A stretch of DNA of 64,000 nucleotides from an uncultured Bacteroidales bacterium (lineage in GTDB: Bacteria > Bacteroidota > Bacteroidia > Bacteroidales > UBA10428), in the NCBI GenBank assembly GCA_963800645.1, contig CAWDBX010000011.1:139503-203502 (forward strand), in the 5' to 3' direction. The notes beneath the pieces are model-generated. The model made no database searches. It was not told the DNA's origin and was given only the letters and a program-made list of their open reading frames with translations. Numbering within the stretch: the stretch's first letter is position 1; the number at the start of each line of letters is the position of its first letter. Positions 48,766 through 60,870 of this stretch are shown here, piece by piece. Position numbers and translations under genes: made by a program.

Positions 48766-51700
48766 ATGCTTAAATTTCTGATCAGTTTTTCACTGAATAA
48801 CCGTTTGCTGGTTTTATTGATGTCACTCCTACTGCTGATAGGAGGATTACTGGTGGTAAGGGTCATTGAAGTAGATGTATTTCCCGACCTTACAGCGCCA
48901 ACAGTAGCAGTGCTTACCGATGCGCATGGGATGGCTGCCGAAGAAGTCGAAAAGCTGGTGTCGTTTCCCATTGAAACCGCACTGAATGGCGCAACAGATG
49001 TACGGCGCGTTCGATCTACCTCTTCCTTCGGAACCTCGATCGTGTGGGTTGAATTCAACTGGGGAACAGATGTTTACAGAGCAAGGCAAATTGTAAACGA
49101 AAAGCTGTCTACGCTGATTGCCACACTTCCGAAAGGAGTAGAAGCACCCATTCTGGCTCCGCAAACCTCCATTATGGGTGAAATCATGCTGATCGCCCTC
49201 ACTTCCGATTCACTGTCCATGTTTGAACTGCGGACACTTGCGGATCGGCAGATAAAGCAGCGACTCCTTTCTGTCAGCGGCGTTGCACAGGTAGTGGTGA
49301 TGGGTGGTTTGCCCAGGCAGTACCAGATTCTTGCCAATCCGTTTAAAATGAGGTATTACAATGTAAGTCTGGATGAACTTAAGGATGTAGCCACCAATAC
49401 CAACAGCAATGCTTCAGGAGGATTGATCAATGAAAACGGTCAGGAATACATTGTCCGCGCCACCGGCCGGTCAGCTGATCCTGAAGCCATTGCCAACGCA
49501 GTTATTAAGATCAGTCATGACCGACCTGTTAAGATCAGTGATGTAGCCGTGGTAAAATCAGGCAGTCCTACCAAAATCGGCGATGCCTTTCTTGATACCA
49601 AACCGGCAGTTATACTGACCATACTGAAACAACCCAATACAAATACGATTGAACTGACCAGGCTGATTGATAAGGCATTGGTCGACCTTATACCATCATT
49701 TCCGGCAGGTGTTCATATCAATTCTCAGATATTTCGTCAAGCCGACTTTATCACCACTTCCATTAACAATGTGATGAAAGTGCTCCTGGAAGGAGGACTG
49801 TTTGTGATGATCATCCTGTTCTTGTTCCTGCTGAACCTGCGAACTACGCTCATCTCTGTCATTGCAATTCCCATTTCCTTATTACTGGCCTTTATTACGC
49901 TCCGCATCATGGGACTGACCATCAATACCATGTCGCTGGGAGGCATGGCCATTGCCATCGGAGCCCTGGTGGACGATGCCATTATTGATGTGGAAAATGT
50001 ACTGAAAAGGTTAAGGCAGAATCACCTTAAACCAAAAGAAAGCAAGGAAAGTTCTCTAAAGGTAATTTATCAGGCTTCCATGGAGATCCGGTCCTCGATT
50101 GTTCAGGCAACCCTCATTATCATAGTAGCCTTTGTACCCTTGTTTTTTCTGTCGGATATGGAAGGCAAAATGCTCAGGCCTTTGGGAATAACTTTTATCG
50201 TTTCGCTCTTTGCTTCTTTATTGGTAGCGGTTACACTTACGCCCGTCCTGTCGAGTTACCTGCTGACAGGTGAACGGCAATTACAGGGAGATGTACATGG
50301 TGACAACAGGATGATACAGCGGCTTAACTGCTGGTATGCCGGCGCTCTTGAGAAAGTACTGCATTATCGTAAAGCCCTGTTGATTGCTTCAGGTGCATTG
50401 TTGCTGGTATCCGTCATTATACTTACCCGATTCGGACGGACCTTTCTGCCTGAATTCAATGAAGGCACACTGACGATAACAGCTGCTACTTTGCCCGGAG
50501 TTTCACTCGATGAAAGCAATAAAATCACCGATGCCATTGACCGTCAACTTATTCAGGTGCCCGAAGTGCAATATGTCAGCCGCCGTACCGGTCGTGCCGA
50601 GCTAAACGAACACAGCCATGGCGGAAGCAATACATCCGAGATCGACGTTCCTTTTATTCTGGATAAAAGAAACCGGGAGGAGTTCATGAAAGAGGTCCGA
50701 CAGCGTCTCAGTACGGTGAAAGGCATCAGCATCAGTATCGGACAGCCCCTGGGGCATCGCATCGATTACATGCTTTCCGGTACCAGGGCCAACATTGCCA
50801 TCAAGCTGTTCGGACCTGACCTGGATAATATGTATACCATAGCCAATGAGATTAAGAACAATATTCAGGAAATTCCCGGACTGGTAGATATCAATGTGGA
50901 ACAACTTGTTGAAATACCCCAGGTGCAAATCCGTCCGCGTCGTGAGATGCTTGCCCGTTATGGCATACCACAAAACCATTTTGCAGATTTTGTAGAAACT
51001 GCCCTGGCCGGGGGAAAAGTGGCTGAAGTATATGACAATAATATGAATTTTGACCTGGTGCTGCGATATGATGAGCCTTTCCGAAATAGTATCGAAGCTA
51101 TACGGAATTCCTGGATCGATACCTATACGGGGGAAAAAATCCCATTGCGTTATGTGGCGGATGTTGTTTCGGTTACCGGTCCAAATACCATCAACCGTGA
51201 GAATGTGCAGCGTAAACTCGTAGTATCCGCCAATACATCGGGCAGGGACGTGGGCAGTGCTGTAAGGGAAATTCAGCAGGCTTTGGCTGAAAACGTTGAA
51301 CTTCCCGAAGGCTACCGGCTGGAATATGGCGGACAGTTTGAAAGTGCCAGAAAAGCTTCCAGATTGCTATTTTTTGCATCAATCCTCGCTATCGTCATTA
51401 TTTTTATAATACTCTATCAGGAGTTTCACAGCGTAAAACTGGCGGGGATAATATTACTTAACCTTCCGCTGGCGCTAATAGGCGGCGTTATGTCGGTATG
51501 GCTCACTTCGGGCATGTTGAGCATACCGGCAATAATTGGTTTTATTACCCTGTTTGGGATTGCTGTCCGCAATGGCATTCTGCTGGTATCACGTTATCAG
51601 CATTTGTTTCACAAAGGGTTGAGTCTGAAAGAGACCATCATAGGCGGATCGGCCGACCGGCTTAACCCAATCCTGATGACTGCCCTTGCTTCGGCGTTGG

Positions 51701-51858
51701 CGCTTATTCCGCTTGCACTCGGCGGAGATAAACCGGGCAATGAAATTCAAAGTCCCATGGCGGTTGTTATCCTGGGTGGATTGCTGACGTCAACATTCTT
51801 AAACCTTTTTGTTATTCCTGTTGTTTACTTTAGTATTTATACCAGGGATGGAAAGTAA
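48766..51858 (+). CDS. CusA/CzcA family heavy-metal RND transporter
   Basis: DVFPD, EEVEKLVSFPIE, AIGALVDDAIIDVEN, RLNPILMT. Confidence 0.93.
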   Translation: MLKFLISFSLNNRLLVLLMSLLLLIGGLLVVRVIEVDVFPDLTAPTVAVLTDAHGMAAEEVEKLVSFPIETALNGATDVRRVRSTSSFGTSIVWVEFNWGTDVYRARQIVNEKLSTLIATLPKGVEAPILAPQTSIMGEIMLIALTSDSLSMFELRTLADRQIKQRLLSVSGVAQVVVMGGLPRQYQILANPFKMRYYNVSLDELKDVATNTNSNASGGLINENGQEYIVRATGRSADPEAIANAVIKISHDRPVKISDVAVVKSGSPTKIGDAFLDTKPAVILTILKQPNTNTIELTRLIDKALVDLIPSFPAGVHINSQIFRQADFITTSINNVMKVLLEGGLFVMIILFLFLLNLRTTLISVIAIPISLLLAFITLRIMGLTINTMSLGGMAIAIGALVDDAIIDVENVLKRLRQNHLKPKESKESSLKVIYQASMEIRSSIVQATLIIIVAFVPLFFLSDMEGKMLRPLGITFIVSLFASLLVAVTLTPVLSSYLLTGERQLQGDVHGDNRMIQRLNCWYAGALEKVLHYRKALLIASGALLLVSVIILTRFGRTFLPEFNEGTLTITAATLPGVSLDESNKITDAIDRQLIQVPEVQYVSRRTGRAELNEHSHGGSNTSEIDVPFILDKRNREEFMKEVRQRLSTVKGISISIGQPLGHRIDYMLSGTRANIAIKLFGPDLDNMYTIANEIKNNIQEIPGLVDINVEQLVEIPQVQIRPRREMLARYGIPQNHFADFVETALAGGKVAEVYDNNMNFDLVLRYDEPFRNSIEAIRNSWIDTYTGEKIPLRYVADVVSVTGPNTINRENVQRKLVVSANTSGRDVGSAVREIQQALAENVELPEGYRLEYGGQFESARKASRLLFFASILAIVIIFIILYQEFHSVKLAGIILLNLPLALIGGVMSVWLTSGMLSIPAIIGFITLFGIAVRNGILLVSRYQHLFHKGLSLKETIIGGSADRLNPILMTALASALALIPLALGGDKPGNEIQSPMAVVILGGLLTSTFLNLFVIPVVYFSIYTRDGK

Positions 51859-52477
51859 ATATTATAACAGGGTCCTCTGGCTGGCCATTTTTACCATAGT
51901 ATATAACCTGGTAGAAGGTGTTGTATCGGTCTTGCTGGGCCTCGAGGATGAAACCCTCGCGTTGCTGGGCTTTGGCATCGACAGCTTTGCAGAAGTAATC
52001 TCCGGCATAGGTATCCTGCAAATGGTGATCCGGATCAGGTCGAATCCTGCCTCACCACGGAGCCGGTTTGAGAAAACAGCCCTGCGGATCACCGGAGGGG
52101 TATTTTATTTTCTTACGCTTGGACTTATTGCCGGTGCCTTCTATAATTTCTGGCAGGGACATAAACCTGATACAACGGTGTGGGGAGTTGTGGTTGCTGT
52201 TGTTTCGCTGATCGTGATGTTTTGGCTGTACCGGTCAAAGATCAGATACGGCAAAATACTTGCTGCTGAGCCGGTAATTGCTGATGGAAGGTGCACCCTG
52301 GTATGTATATATATGTCCATCGTGCTCCTTGTTTCCAGTGTTATTTACGAACTTACCGGTTTTGGCTGGGTGGATACCATAGGCGCACTTGGCCTGGCCT
52401 GGTTTTCATTCAGTGAGGGGAAAGAAGCCTTTGAAAAAGCTGCCGGGAAAGAATGCGAATGTGAAGGTGATTGCTAA
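51848..52477 (+). CDS. Cation diffusion facilitator-like transporter (TM domain only)
   Basis: YNLVEG, ALLGFGIDSFAEVISG; Cys-rich tail ECECEGDC. Confidence 0.82.
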   Translation: MESKYYNRVLWLAIFTIVYNLVEGVVSVLLGLEDETLALLGFGIDSFAEVISGIGILQMVIRIRSNPASPRSRFEKTALRITGGVFYFLTLGLIAGAFYNFWQGHKPDTTVWGVVVAVVSLIVMFWLYRSKIRYGKILAAEPVIADGRCTLVCIYMSIVLLVSSVIYELTGFGWVDTIGALGLAWFSFSEGKEAFEKAAGKECECEGDC

Positions 52478-52605
52478 AACTTCATCCAGGTAGCCAGATA
52501 TAGAACAGGCCTGATGCTGATGATGTACTTTTACCCCCCAAAGGCGTCCGGACAAATGGATCCGCCACTACCGTACCAGGTAAGGATTACAGGATATCAA
52601 AAACC

Positions 52606-52794
52606 TCAGTACTTCTGAAAGTACTGCTTGAATTCAATGAGTGTAAAGCTCCTGAAACTGCTCAAATCGTGATATACCCGGTAAGATGGTGGATACAAGG
52701 CCATGGTGGGGATATACTCAAAATCGTAAAAGTAATTCTCGTTGAATTCAACCTTAAGGTCATCGAATTTCTTGATACACTTGCACTTATACAT
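52606..52794 (-). CDS. Small hypothetical protein
   Basis: 62-aa ORF with ATG; TACTTTTG box ~25 nt upstream on the minus strand. Confidence 0.55.
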   Translation of the reverse strand: MYKCKCIKKFDDLKVEFNENYFYDFEYIPTMALYPPSYRVYHDLSSFRSFTLIEFKQYFQKY

Positions 52795-53105
52795 ATAAGT
52801 CGGTTTTGTGGTAGCAGATGCAAAAGTATATTATATATCGCTCACCACCAAATAAAGTTTTCACCGGCAGGGAACTGATCGCTCAGGAACAGGGCAGGGG
52901 CAAGTTTTCACTTGTTGCTTATTCCGCAATCTTGCATCCTTCAGCCTTTATCCAGTCATTAATCCGATAATCGGCACCGATTAAACTGCCAATAATATTT
53001 TTAAAAAAATTACCTATAAAAGTTGAATTACTAGTGAAGTTTATATATTTGTCCGGTTGGAAAATCCAATGCATTCGTATGATAATCATTTAGTGTTTTA
53101 CTGAA

Positions 53106-54128
53106 ATGACAGCAAAAAGGGAATTGTTAAAAGAGACCATCGGGCACATTGACATTAAATCTTTCGATGCCACCAGTATTGTTGAAGCGATGAAGAAAAT
53201 GTCTTTTTCATCACGCGATACTGCCAATGCCGCGGACATTCTTTTAAAAATGGTAAGGGATAAGGATTGTACCAACATACTTACTCTGGCGGGAAGCACC
53301 AGTGCCGGTGGATGCATGCAGGTATATGTGGATATGGTAAAAAACAACATGATCGATGTGATTGTGGCCACGGGTGCCAGCATCATTGATATGGATTTTT
53401 TTGAAGCGATAGGTTTCAAACATTATATTGGCCGCACGGATGTTCCCGACAAAAAGCTCAGGGAATATTATATCGACAGGATCTATGATACTTTCATCGA
53501 TGAGGACGATTTGCAGGTTTGTGATGGTACCATCAAGACCATTGCTGATTCGCTCGACCCCAGGCCTTATTCTTCCCGTGAATTCATTTGGGAACTGGGA
53601 AAGTACCTGGTAAAGAATTCTGTAAAAAAGGATTCCCTGGTACAGGCCTGTTATGAAAACAATGTCCCGATTTTCTGTCCGGCTTTTTCTGACAGCAGTG
53701 CGGGATTCGGACTGGTCAAGCACCAGTGGGAAAATCCCGACAAGCATGTGACCATTGATTCTGTTCGTGATTTCAGGGAGCTGACCATGATCAAAATGCA
53801 AGCAGAAACTTCAGGTTTGTTTATGGTTGGAGGCGGCGTACCCAAGAATTTCGCACAGGACACCGTTGTATGTGCTGAAATTTTAGGAAAATCGGTTCCC
53901 ATGCACAAATACGCCGTTCAGATTACCGTGGCAGATGCCCGGGATGGCGCCTGTTCCTCCTCTACCTTACAGGAAGCGTCATCCTGGGGTAAGGTGGATA
54001 CCAAATATGAACAAATGGTGTATGCCGAAGCCACTACCGTATTGCCTTTGATAGTGAGCTTTGTATATCACAGCAAAGCCTGGGAAAAAAGGAAACCGCG
54101 AGATTGGAGCAAGCTGTTTAAGAAGTAA
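53106..54128 (+). CDS. Deoxyhypusine synthase-like protein (polyamine aminobutyl transfer)
   Basis: IDRIYD, PIFCPAFSDS, GGGVPKNF, DGACSSST..EA.SWGKV. Confidence 0.92.
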   Translation: MTAKRELLKETIGHIDIKSFDATSIVEAMKKMSFSSRDTANAADILLKMVRDKDCTNILTLAGSTSAGGCMQVYVDMVKNNMIDVIVATGASIIDMDFFEAIGFKHYIGRTDVPDKKLREYYIDRIYDTFIDEDDLQVCDGTIKTIADSLDPRPYSSREFIWELGKYLVKNSVKKDSLVQACYENNVPIFCPAFSDSSAGFGLVKHQWENPDKHVTIDSVRDFRELTMIKMQAETSGLFMVGGGVPKNFAQDTVVCAEILGKSVPMHKYAVQITVADARDGACSSSTLQEASSWGKVDTKYEQMVYAEATTVLPLIVSFVYHSKAWEKRKPRDWSKLFKK

Positions 54129-54137
54129 GGACTTTTA

Positions 54138-56170
54138 TCAGTTCATCAACTGATCCAGTTCCACTTCATTAAACTTTGCAGCAACTTCATTAAGGTTACC
54201 GTGTCCGTTGCCGTTCCCGTTCCCATTTCCATTTCCGTTGCCGTTTCCGTTGTTATTGAATCGCTGTTCTGCTGTCTGCAATATTAAACCAAGCATCTCA
54301 GCGTATTCTATCCCTTTAATGGTGGCCATTTTAGCAAGGTGACCATCCCAACACCAGCCTGGATTCGGATTAACTTCAAGCAGCTTTGGAACCCCCTGTT
54401 GATCAAATCTCCAGTCGAACCTGGCATAGTCTCTGCAATTGAGCCTTTCAAAAAGCCGCAGACATTGTTCCGTCAGTACTTTTTCGGTTTCTTCCGGAAG
54501 GGTAGCGGGAATTGACCGCAATAATTTGAAATAGGGCGTATCCTCCAGCCATTTGGCTTCGTAGCCACAAATTTTTGGTAATTCCGGAGGAAGCTTTGAA
54601 TAATCTTCTTCTGCAAAAGGCAATATGGTGTATGATTCAGGAGGATTGCCAATTATGCCAATGGTTATTTCTTTTCCGGGCAGAAATTCTTCCACGATGA
54701 TGGGTTTATCAAATCCCACTTTTTCACGGATTCTGATAATCGCATCATTCAATTCCTCAAAATCATTGGCAACGCTATCGGCCGTGATGGCAATGCTGCT
54801 GTCGCCGTAATTCGGCTTGGCAATTACCGGGAAATCAATGTTCATATCAAAAACATTGTCCTCAGGCTTAATGAAAACAGCATCAGCAACCGGAATGCCC
54901 ATTTCCCTGGCAATACCGCGTACCAGTGATTTGTCATAACAATAGGCCAAACCCTGGGGACTGGCTCCGGTGTAAGGTATATTCAGCATTTCAAGCAGGG
55001 CAGGTATGTGCAATTCCTTGCCGGGATCGTTGATGAAACCCTCATCACAGAGGTTCAACACAAAATCAATACGGGGCTTCAATTTGATCAGATCGTTGAG
55101 CAGGGAATTGTGATTGGAGAGATAATTAAATTTATAGTCCTTGAGCCTGCTGAGTGCAATTTTTAAGTGCCGGATAGTAGCCATGTCATTCTCATCAAAC
55201 ACCCCTGAAGGTTTAACAGTGTCTGGCTTTTCGGGATCACCCATCAGCACCACGACATTCTTTAATTCCGATTTCCTGGCTTTTACAGGAGTCCATTCCT
55301 TGGTGGCCTGCGCGGTAACAATAATCCGGCGTTCCATCATTCCAAGGTCCTGATTTCTTTTGGAATCGGTCTCCAGGTTACCATGAAAAGTAACGTTCCT
55401 GTAACCGGTGCGTTCGAACATTTCAAAAAGAATATCCTTGTTATACAGCCTTTCGGCATAAAACTGGTCCAGAATAACCCCTTTGTTGATGTTCGAAATT
55501 ACTTCACGGGAGATCAGACGCTGATTATCCGAAGCCAGCGAACGTTCCCGGCAGACAAAATGTTTGGGATCGATCCATTCCCAGCTGCGCGGATTGAAAT
55601 TATCCCGCAGATAATTCCCATCGGCCACATCAATCAGGAATTTCCCAAAGGGTTTCAGAACACGAAAGACTTCCTTTAGGATCTTAATATCATCCTCGGT
55701 GCTCTCAAAATATCCGAAACTATTTCCCAGGATCATCACCACATCAAAGGTGTCGGCAGGATAAGGAAGCTTTGCGGGCGTCGCCCTCCCTGAAACCGGC
55801 ACTCAGCTGTTCCGTCGTATTGATGTTCTTTGCTTTTCTTATCAGGTAATGTGAACGGTCAAGACCGTTGACATTTTTATATCCCCTGCGGGCCAGTTCG
55901 AGGGAATGTCTTCCTTGTCCACAGGCCAAGATCAAGTATGACCATGTTCTTTTCGAGCCCCAGGATCTCGGTGAAAAGGTCAACCTCATTGTGAGTAATC
56001 TGCATATCTTCCACCACATCGGCATCGGTTTTGAGATACATCGAATTGAAAATTCTTCTCCACCAATCGGGTTGAAGATAATGCTCAAGGTTTTCAACTG
56101 GTCCAAACGATCCGTTTGGCGCCTGGCCATTTTTTCTCGACCGGGAACCATTATTTCCGTTATGTTTCAT
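54138..56170 (-). CDS. SAM methyltransferase fused to a D-Ala-D-Ala-ligase-like ATP-grasp domain (two indels)
   Basis: ILDL/ACGQGRHSLELARRG, LGNSFGYF; VLNLCDEG, EEFLPGKE, RDYARFDWR, LEVNPNPG. Confidence 0.85.
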
Positions 56171-56432
56171 CGGATGAATTATGATTTTCAGCTATTACGA
56201 TTAAAAATTACAATGCAAGATTAATGATGTATGATAAAAAATGAAAGCATTATTTTTAATTGTTAATAAATATTTAAAATGTTCATTTCGTAATTTTGCA
56301 ACAACTAAATTATCAGCATAATAATTCAAAGGTACCCCGTACATCACCGGAGTGCAAAAAAGATATGAACAGGTTAAGAACAGGTGGGACTACTAGTGCG
56401 GCAGATTTTCCATATACAGGGAAAATGAATAT

Positions 56433-56933
56433 TTATAACTGCTTTTCATAACATACAAAGGGTATCTTTTGAAATGCTGCATGAAAAGAGGCTACTTCTT
56501 TAAAACTCTGCTTTTCATATAACTGTTTTGCGTCTTCGCTGGGTTTGAAAACATCCGCACGGATCGTATCAAATCCATTTTCTTTGGCAGTTTTCAGGGC
56601 GAAACCGAGCATGAGCTTTGCAATTCCTTTGCCCTGCCATCTTGGATGCACGGCCATGTTCTGCAGGAATAAAGGTTTTTGTCTGCCGGATTGAAAGTTT
56701 ACTTGTTTATAATCTTCCGGTTCCGTGTCGTTTAATGTAACCATGCCTTTACAAACACCTTTATCTTTGGCCAGATAGATAGAACCAGCGGCAAGGTCAT
56801 TTTGAATTCTCTCAGGATCGGGGTAAGTGCTGTTCCAGTGTTTAAGCCCCTTTTGATTCATATCGAGAATGCAGACTTTTAGCAAATAAAGAATTTCAAT
56901 GAGGTCGGTTGGTTTGGCCTGTATTATTTCCAT
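56433..56933 (-). CDS. GNAT family N-acetyltransferase
   Basis: AVHPRWQGKGIA, LYEKQSF. Confidence 0.88.
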   Translation of the reverse strand: MEIIQAKPTDLIEILYLLKVCILDMNQKGLKHWNSTYPDPERIQNDLAAGSIYLAKDKGVCKGMVTLNDTEPEDYKQVNFQSGRQKPLFLQNMAVHPRWQGKGIAKLMLGFALKTAKENGFDTIRADVFKPSEDAKQLYEKQSFKEVASFHAAFQKIPFVCYEKQL

Positions 56934-57120
56934 TGGGATACAGATTTCTCAATTCTTTGTTAAAACCTCTGATTCAAATATATGGAATATATGATCACCG
57001 GTAAAAGGTCGTATTGCATATGTCTCCGAATATTCCATTATTTTTGCGATAAAAATAATCAGTTTTTTTATATTTAGAATATCTTTTTGTTAATCATTTA
57101 TATCGAGACTTGCAGCAGTT

Positions 57121-58622
57121 ATGAGTTACCTAAGCAGATTGCCGTTTACCGTAAAAGATAACACCATACTATTCATAAGGTTTGCTGGTTTGCTCCTGTT
57201 GTTTGGCTCCGCATTGGCCTGTAACCGGGAACACCTTGACCCGGATCCGGATGCGCGCCCTTCGTTTTCGACGGACACCATTACTTTTGATACGATATTT
57301 ACTACCATTGGTTCCGCTACACTCAGTTTTAGGGTGTACAACCGGAGCAACAGGCCCCTGTTGATCAGTTCCATCGCACTGGCCGGAGGCGATCATTCCT
57401 TTTTCAGGCTGAACATTGACGGGGTACCGTCCACCGCTCAACGGGATATTGAAATACCACCTGATGACAGTCTTTTTATATTTGTTGCAGTTACGGTTGA
57501 TCCGACCAATTTGAATAATCCCGTAGTAATCAAAGATTCGATCATATTTGCTACGCAGGGAACTTTCCAGGATGTTAAACTGATCGCCTATGGACAGGAT
57601 GTACATCTCATCAACGGAGAAATTATCGGAACACAAACCTGGAGCAATGATAAACCCTACCTGGTTTATAATTCCATGGCAGTAGATACGGGTCAGATCC
57701 TGACTATTGGAGAAGGAACCATGATATACTTTCACAGAAACTCAAGCATGATCATATGGGGAACATTATTGGTGAACGGAACCTGGGAGAAACCTGTTGT
57801 TTTTCAGAATGACAGACTGGAGGAATTCTATGATATCATTGCCGGTCAATGGGGCACCCTTTACATCGATCCCATCAGTAAAGGGAATAAAATTAACCAT
57901 GCCATCATTAAGAACGGGATTGCCGGAATACAAATCGGATATCCCCTCTGATTATCAAATACCGGATCTGGAATTGTCCAACAGTATCATTATGAATGTA
58001 TCTTTTGCCGGTATTTACGCCTTTGGAGCCGACATAACCTGTTACAACACGGTCATTGCCAATTCTGCCGGTGCTGCAGCGGCACTGCTCAGGGGTGGCA
58101 GGTACAGGTTCCTGCATTGCACTGTTTCCAATAACGGAGTGATTGGAACCTCCCGATCCGGTCCCTCCGTTGTATTGTCCAATGTTTTCAATAATCCGGA
58201 ATACGATGAGGCCAGCGGTCAGTATGTATATGTTCCGCTTACCGGGGATCTCGAAATGGCCGATTTTACCAATACGATCATTTATGGTAACATGACCCAT
58301 GAACTGCAGTTTATTCATAACCAGTCGAATTTATTTAATTATATGTTCGATCACTGCCTGGTCAGGGCCATTGAAGATTCAGTGGAGGGCAGCAACCAGG
58401 AGCACTTTAATGCACTTGTTTTAAACAAGGATCCTCATTTTATGAATGATTCCGACAGGTATCACCTCGATTACAGTCTCGATACACTATCGCCTGCCAA
58501 GGATGCCGGTGATTTGCTGCTGCTGGGGACTTATCCCTATCTGGAACTTGATATTACCGGAAGCACTCGGAACACTTGATGGCAAACCCGACCTGGGCGC
58601 CTTTGAAAGAAAAGAAGATTAA
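57121..58622 (+). CDS. Lipoprotein with Ig-like and parallel beta-helix regions (indels)
   Basis: Lipobox LAC, FSTDTITFDTIFT, C-terminal SPAKDAG...PDLGAFE after frame correction. Confidence 0.7.
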
Positions 58623-58719
58623 AATACCTGTCTCGCACACCATGAATATCTCTGTCAGCTGCCGGTATTAGCTGTTTTTATGACCGCTTTCTTGACCTGC
58701 ATGTCTCCGCAGACAGATC

Positions 58720-59694
58720 ATGCTATTCATGCTGATACTGACCCCCGGATCTTACCGGATTATGTTTTATAATACGGAGAATTTATTTGACACGTTTGAC
58801 GATACCCTGACCGCGGATGATGATTTTACCCCTACAGGAAAAATGCACTGGACTTATAAGCGATATTCGGCAAAACTGACGAATACCTATAAGGTAATTG
58901 TGGCGGCAGGAACCTGGCAGCCTCCTGATATCATTGGATTGTGCGAGGTGGAAAACAGGAGAACACTGGAAGATATCACAGGTAATACGCCACTGGCGAA
59001 ATATTCTTACCGAATTATCCATAAAAACTCAGCAGACAGACGCGGAATTGATGTTGCCCTGCTTTATAATCCGCAAACTGTTCATTATTTGAGCAGTAAG
59101 ACTTTTCGTATAAAGAAGCAGGGACTTCTTACAAGGGATATTCTATATTTTAAAGCACTCCTTGACAGAGATACCTGCCACTTTCTGATAAATCACTGGC
59201 CATCACGTTCAGAAGGACAGCTCGAAACGGAACCTGACAGGTTTGAAGCGGCAAAACTGCTGAAGCAGATAACCGATTCGCTTTTTACAGCCCATAGGAA
59301 AGCAAAGATCGTGATCATGGGGGATTTTAATGATGAGCCGTCTGACGAGAGCCTGGCGGGCCAATTACAGGCAGAAACGGATCTTTTGCGTCCCCAGCAT
59401 GCCAGACTATATAACCTGACTGCGGCTCCGGCATCCGGTGCAGCAAGAGGAACGTTAAAGTACCAGGGACAATGGAATATTTTTGATCAGATCATTGTTT
59501 CAGGGAGTTTACTACTGGCAAAAAATGGTCTGACTGTAGGAAAAGAGGGATTCAAAATCTTCAGGGAACCCTTTTTATTGATCGAAGACAAAAGATATGA
59601 CGGCTTTAAACCCAAACGTACATACACCGGTTATACTTACCAGGGTGGATTTTCAGACCATCTGCCGGTGTATCTGGATCTGATTTTGAAATGA
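58720..59694 (+). CDS. Endonuclease/exonuclease/phosphatase family protein
   Basis: FYNTENLFD, GLCEVEN, NHWPSR, MGDFND, SDHLPV. Confidence 0.9.
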   Translation: MLFMLILTPGSYRIMFYNTENLFDTFDDTLTADDDFTPTGKMHWTYKRYSAKLTNTYKVIVAAGTWQPPDIIGLCEVENRRTLEDITGNTPLAKYSYRIIHKNSADRRGIDVALLYNPQTVHYLSSKTFRIKKQGLLTRDILYFKALLDRDTCHFLINHWPSRSEGQLETEPDRFEAAKLLKQITDSLFTAHRKAKIVIMGDFNDEPSDESLAGQLQAETDLLRPQHARLYNLTAAPASGAARGTLKYQGQWNIFDQIIVSGSLLLAKNGLTVGKEGFKIFREPFLLIEDKRYDGFKPKRTYTGYTYQGGFSDHLPVYLDLILK

Positions 59695-59752
59695 CAACAT
59701 GCCTGTAGTTGATGCCGATGCGAGTATTACTCACCTGTAACTGATGCTGTAG

Positions 59753-60767
59753 TCATAAAATATTCACTTCCATTTCCAATTTGATGGCAAAATGGTTCAT
59801 GACCGCTTTCTGGATTTTAAGGGCATACCGGTAAATCTCCTCGCCGGTAGCACCTCCGTAATTGATGATGATTAAAGGTTGTTTCTTATAAGTGCCCGTT
59901 TTCCCAAGCCTTTTTCCTTTCCAGCCACATTGTTCGATCAACCAGGCTGCCGATAATTTTACCGATCCGTCGGCAGCATCAAATCCGCGCATGGTCGGGA
60001 AAAACTTGCGCAGCGAGGTGGCCTGATCCTGGCTGATTACCGGATTCTTGAAAAAGCTACCGGCGTTTCCTGTTACAGCCGGATCGGGTAATTTGTTTCT
60101 TCGTATCGATATCACAGCCTGACGAATGGTGTTGATGGTCGTTTCGGGAAAATTGTCCAATTCCCTTTGCAGATCAGGATATGTGGTTACAAAGACGGGA
60201 GATTTATTCAGCCGGAAGGTCACATGCGTTATAATGACCCTGTTTTTGAGGTCCCGTTTAAAAATGCTGTCACGGTATGAAAACTGGCATTCTTTTGCCG
60301 TTAAGGTGAGCAATCTTGCCATCCTCCATCAATATGACATCCAGAGAATCAATCACATCCCCGACCTCCGCTCCGTATGCTCCAATATTCTGAACCGGAC
60401 AGGCCCCGACAGTACCCGGTATAAGGGAAAGATTTTCAATTCCACCCCAGTCATGGGCCACACAGTATTCCACGAAATTATCCCAGTCTTCACCGGCTCC
60501 TACCCTGATCAGGACGGTATCGTCATTCTCTCCCGTTTTTTCGATGCCTTTTATTGCAGGATGAAGGATGATTCCGTCAAAGTCTTTTGTAAACAACACA
60601 TTGCTGCCACCACCCAGCACGAATCGTGGTCTGACCGCTGCGTAAGAAGAAGTCAGAAAGTCGCGGACGGACTGTAGATCACTAAATTCGACAAAAAAGC
60701 GGGTTTTTGCTGCAACCTGAAAGGTATTGTAGGGTAAAATGGGATAGTTCTCTTTTATTTCGATCAT
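59753..60767 (-). CDS. murB: UDP-N-acetylenolpyruvoylglucosamine reductase (one indel)
   Basis: [45 protein letters not shown]. Confidence 0.96.
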
Positions 60768-60870
60768 TTTCAGCACCTGTAAATACCAAAGATACTATCT
60801 CTGCCCGTATTTAAGTTCCGGATTCTGAAAGAATTTTTAATTTAGCAACGTGTAAACCCATTCCTTTACC

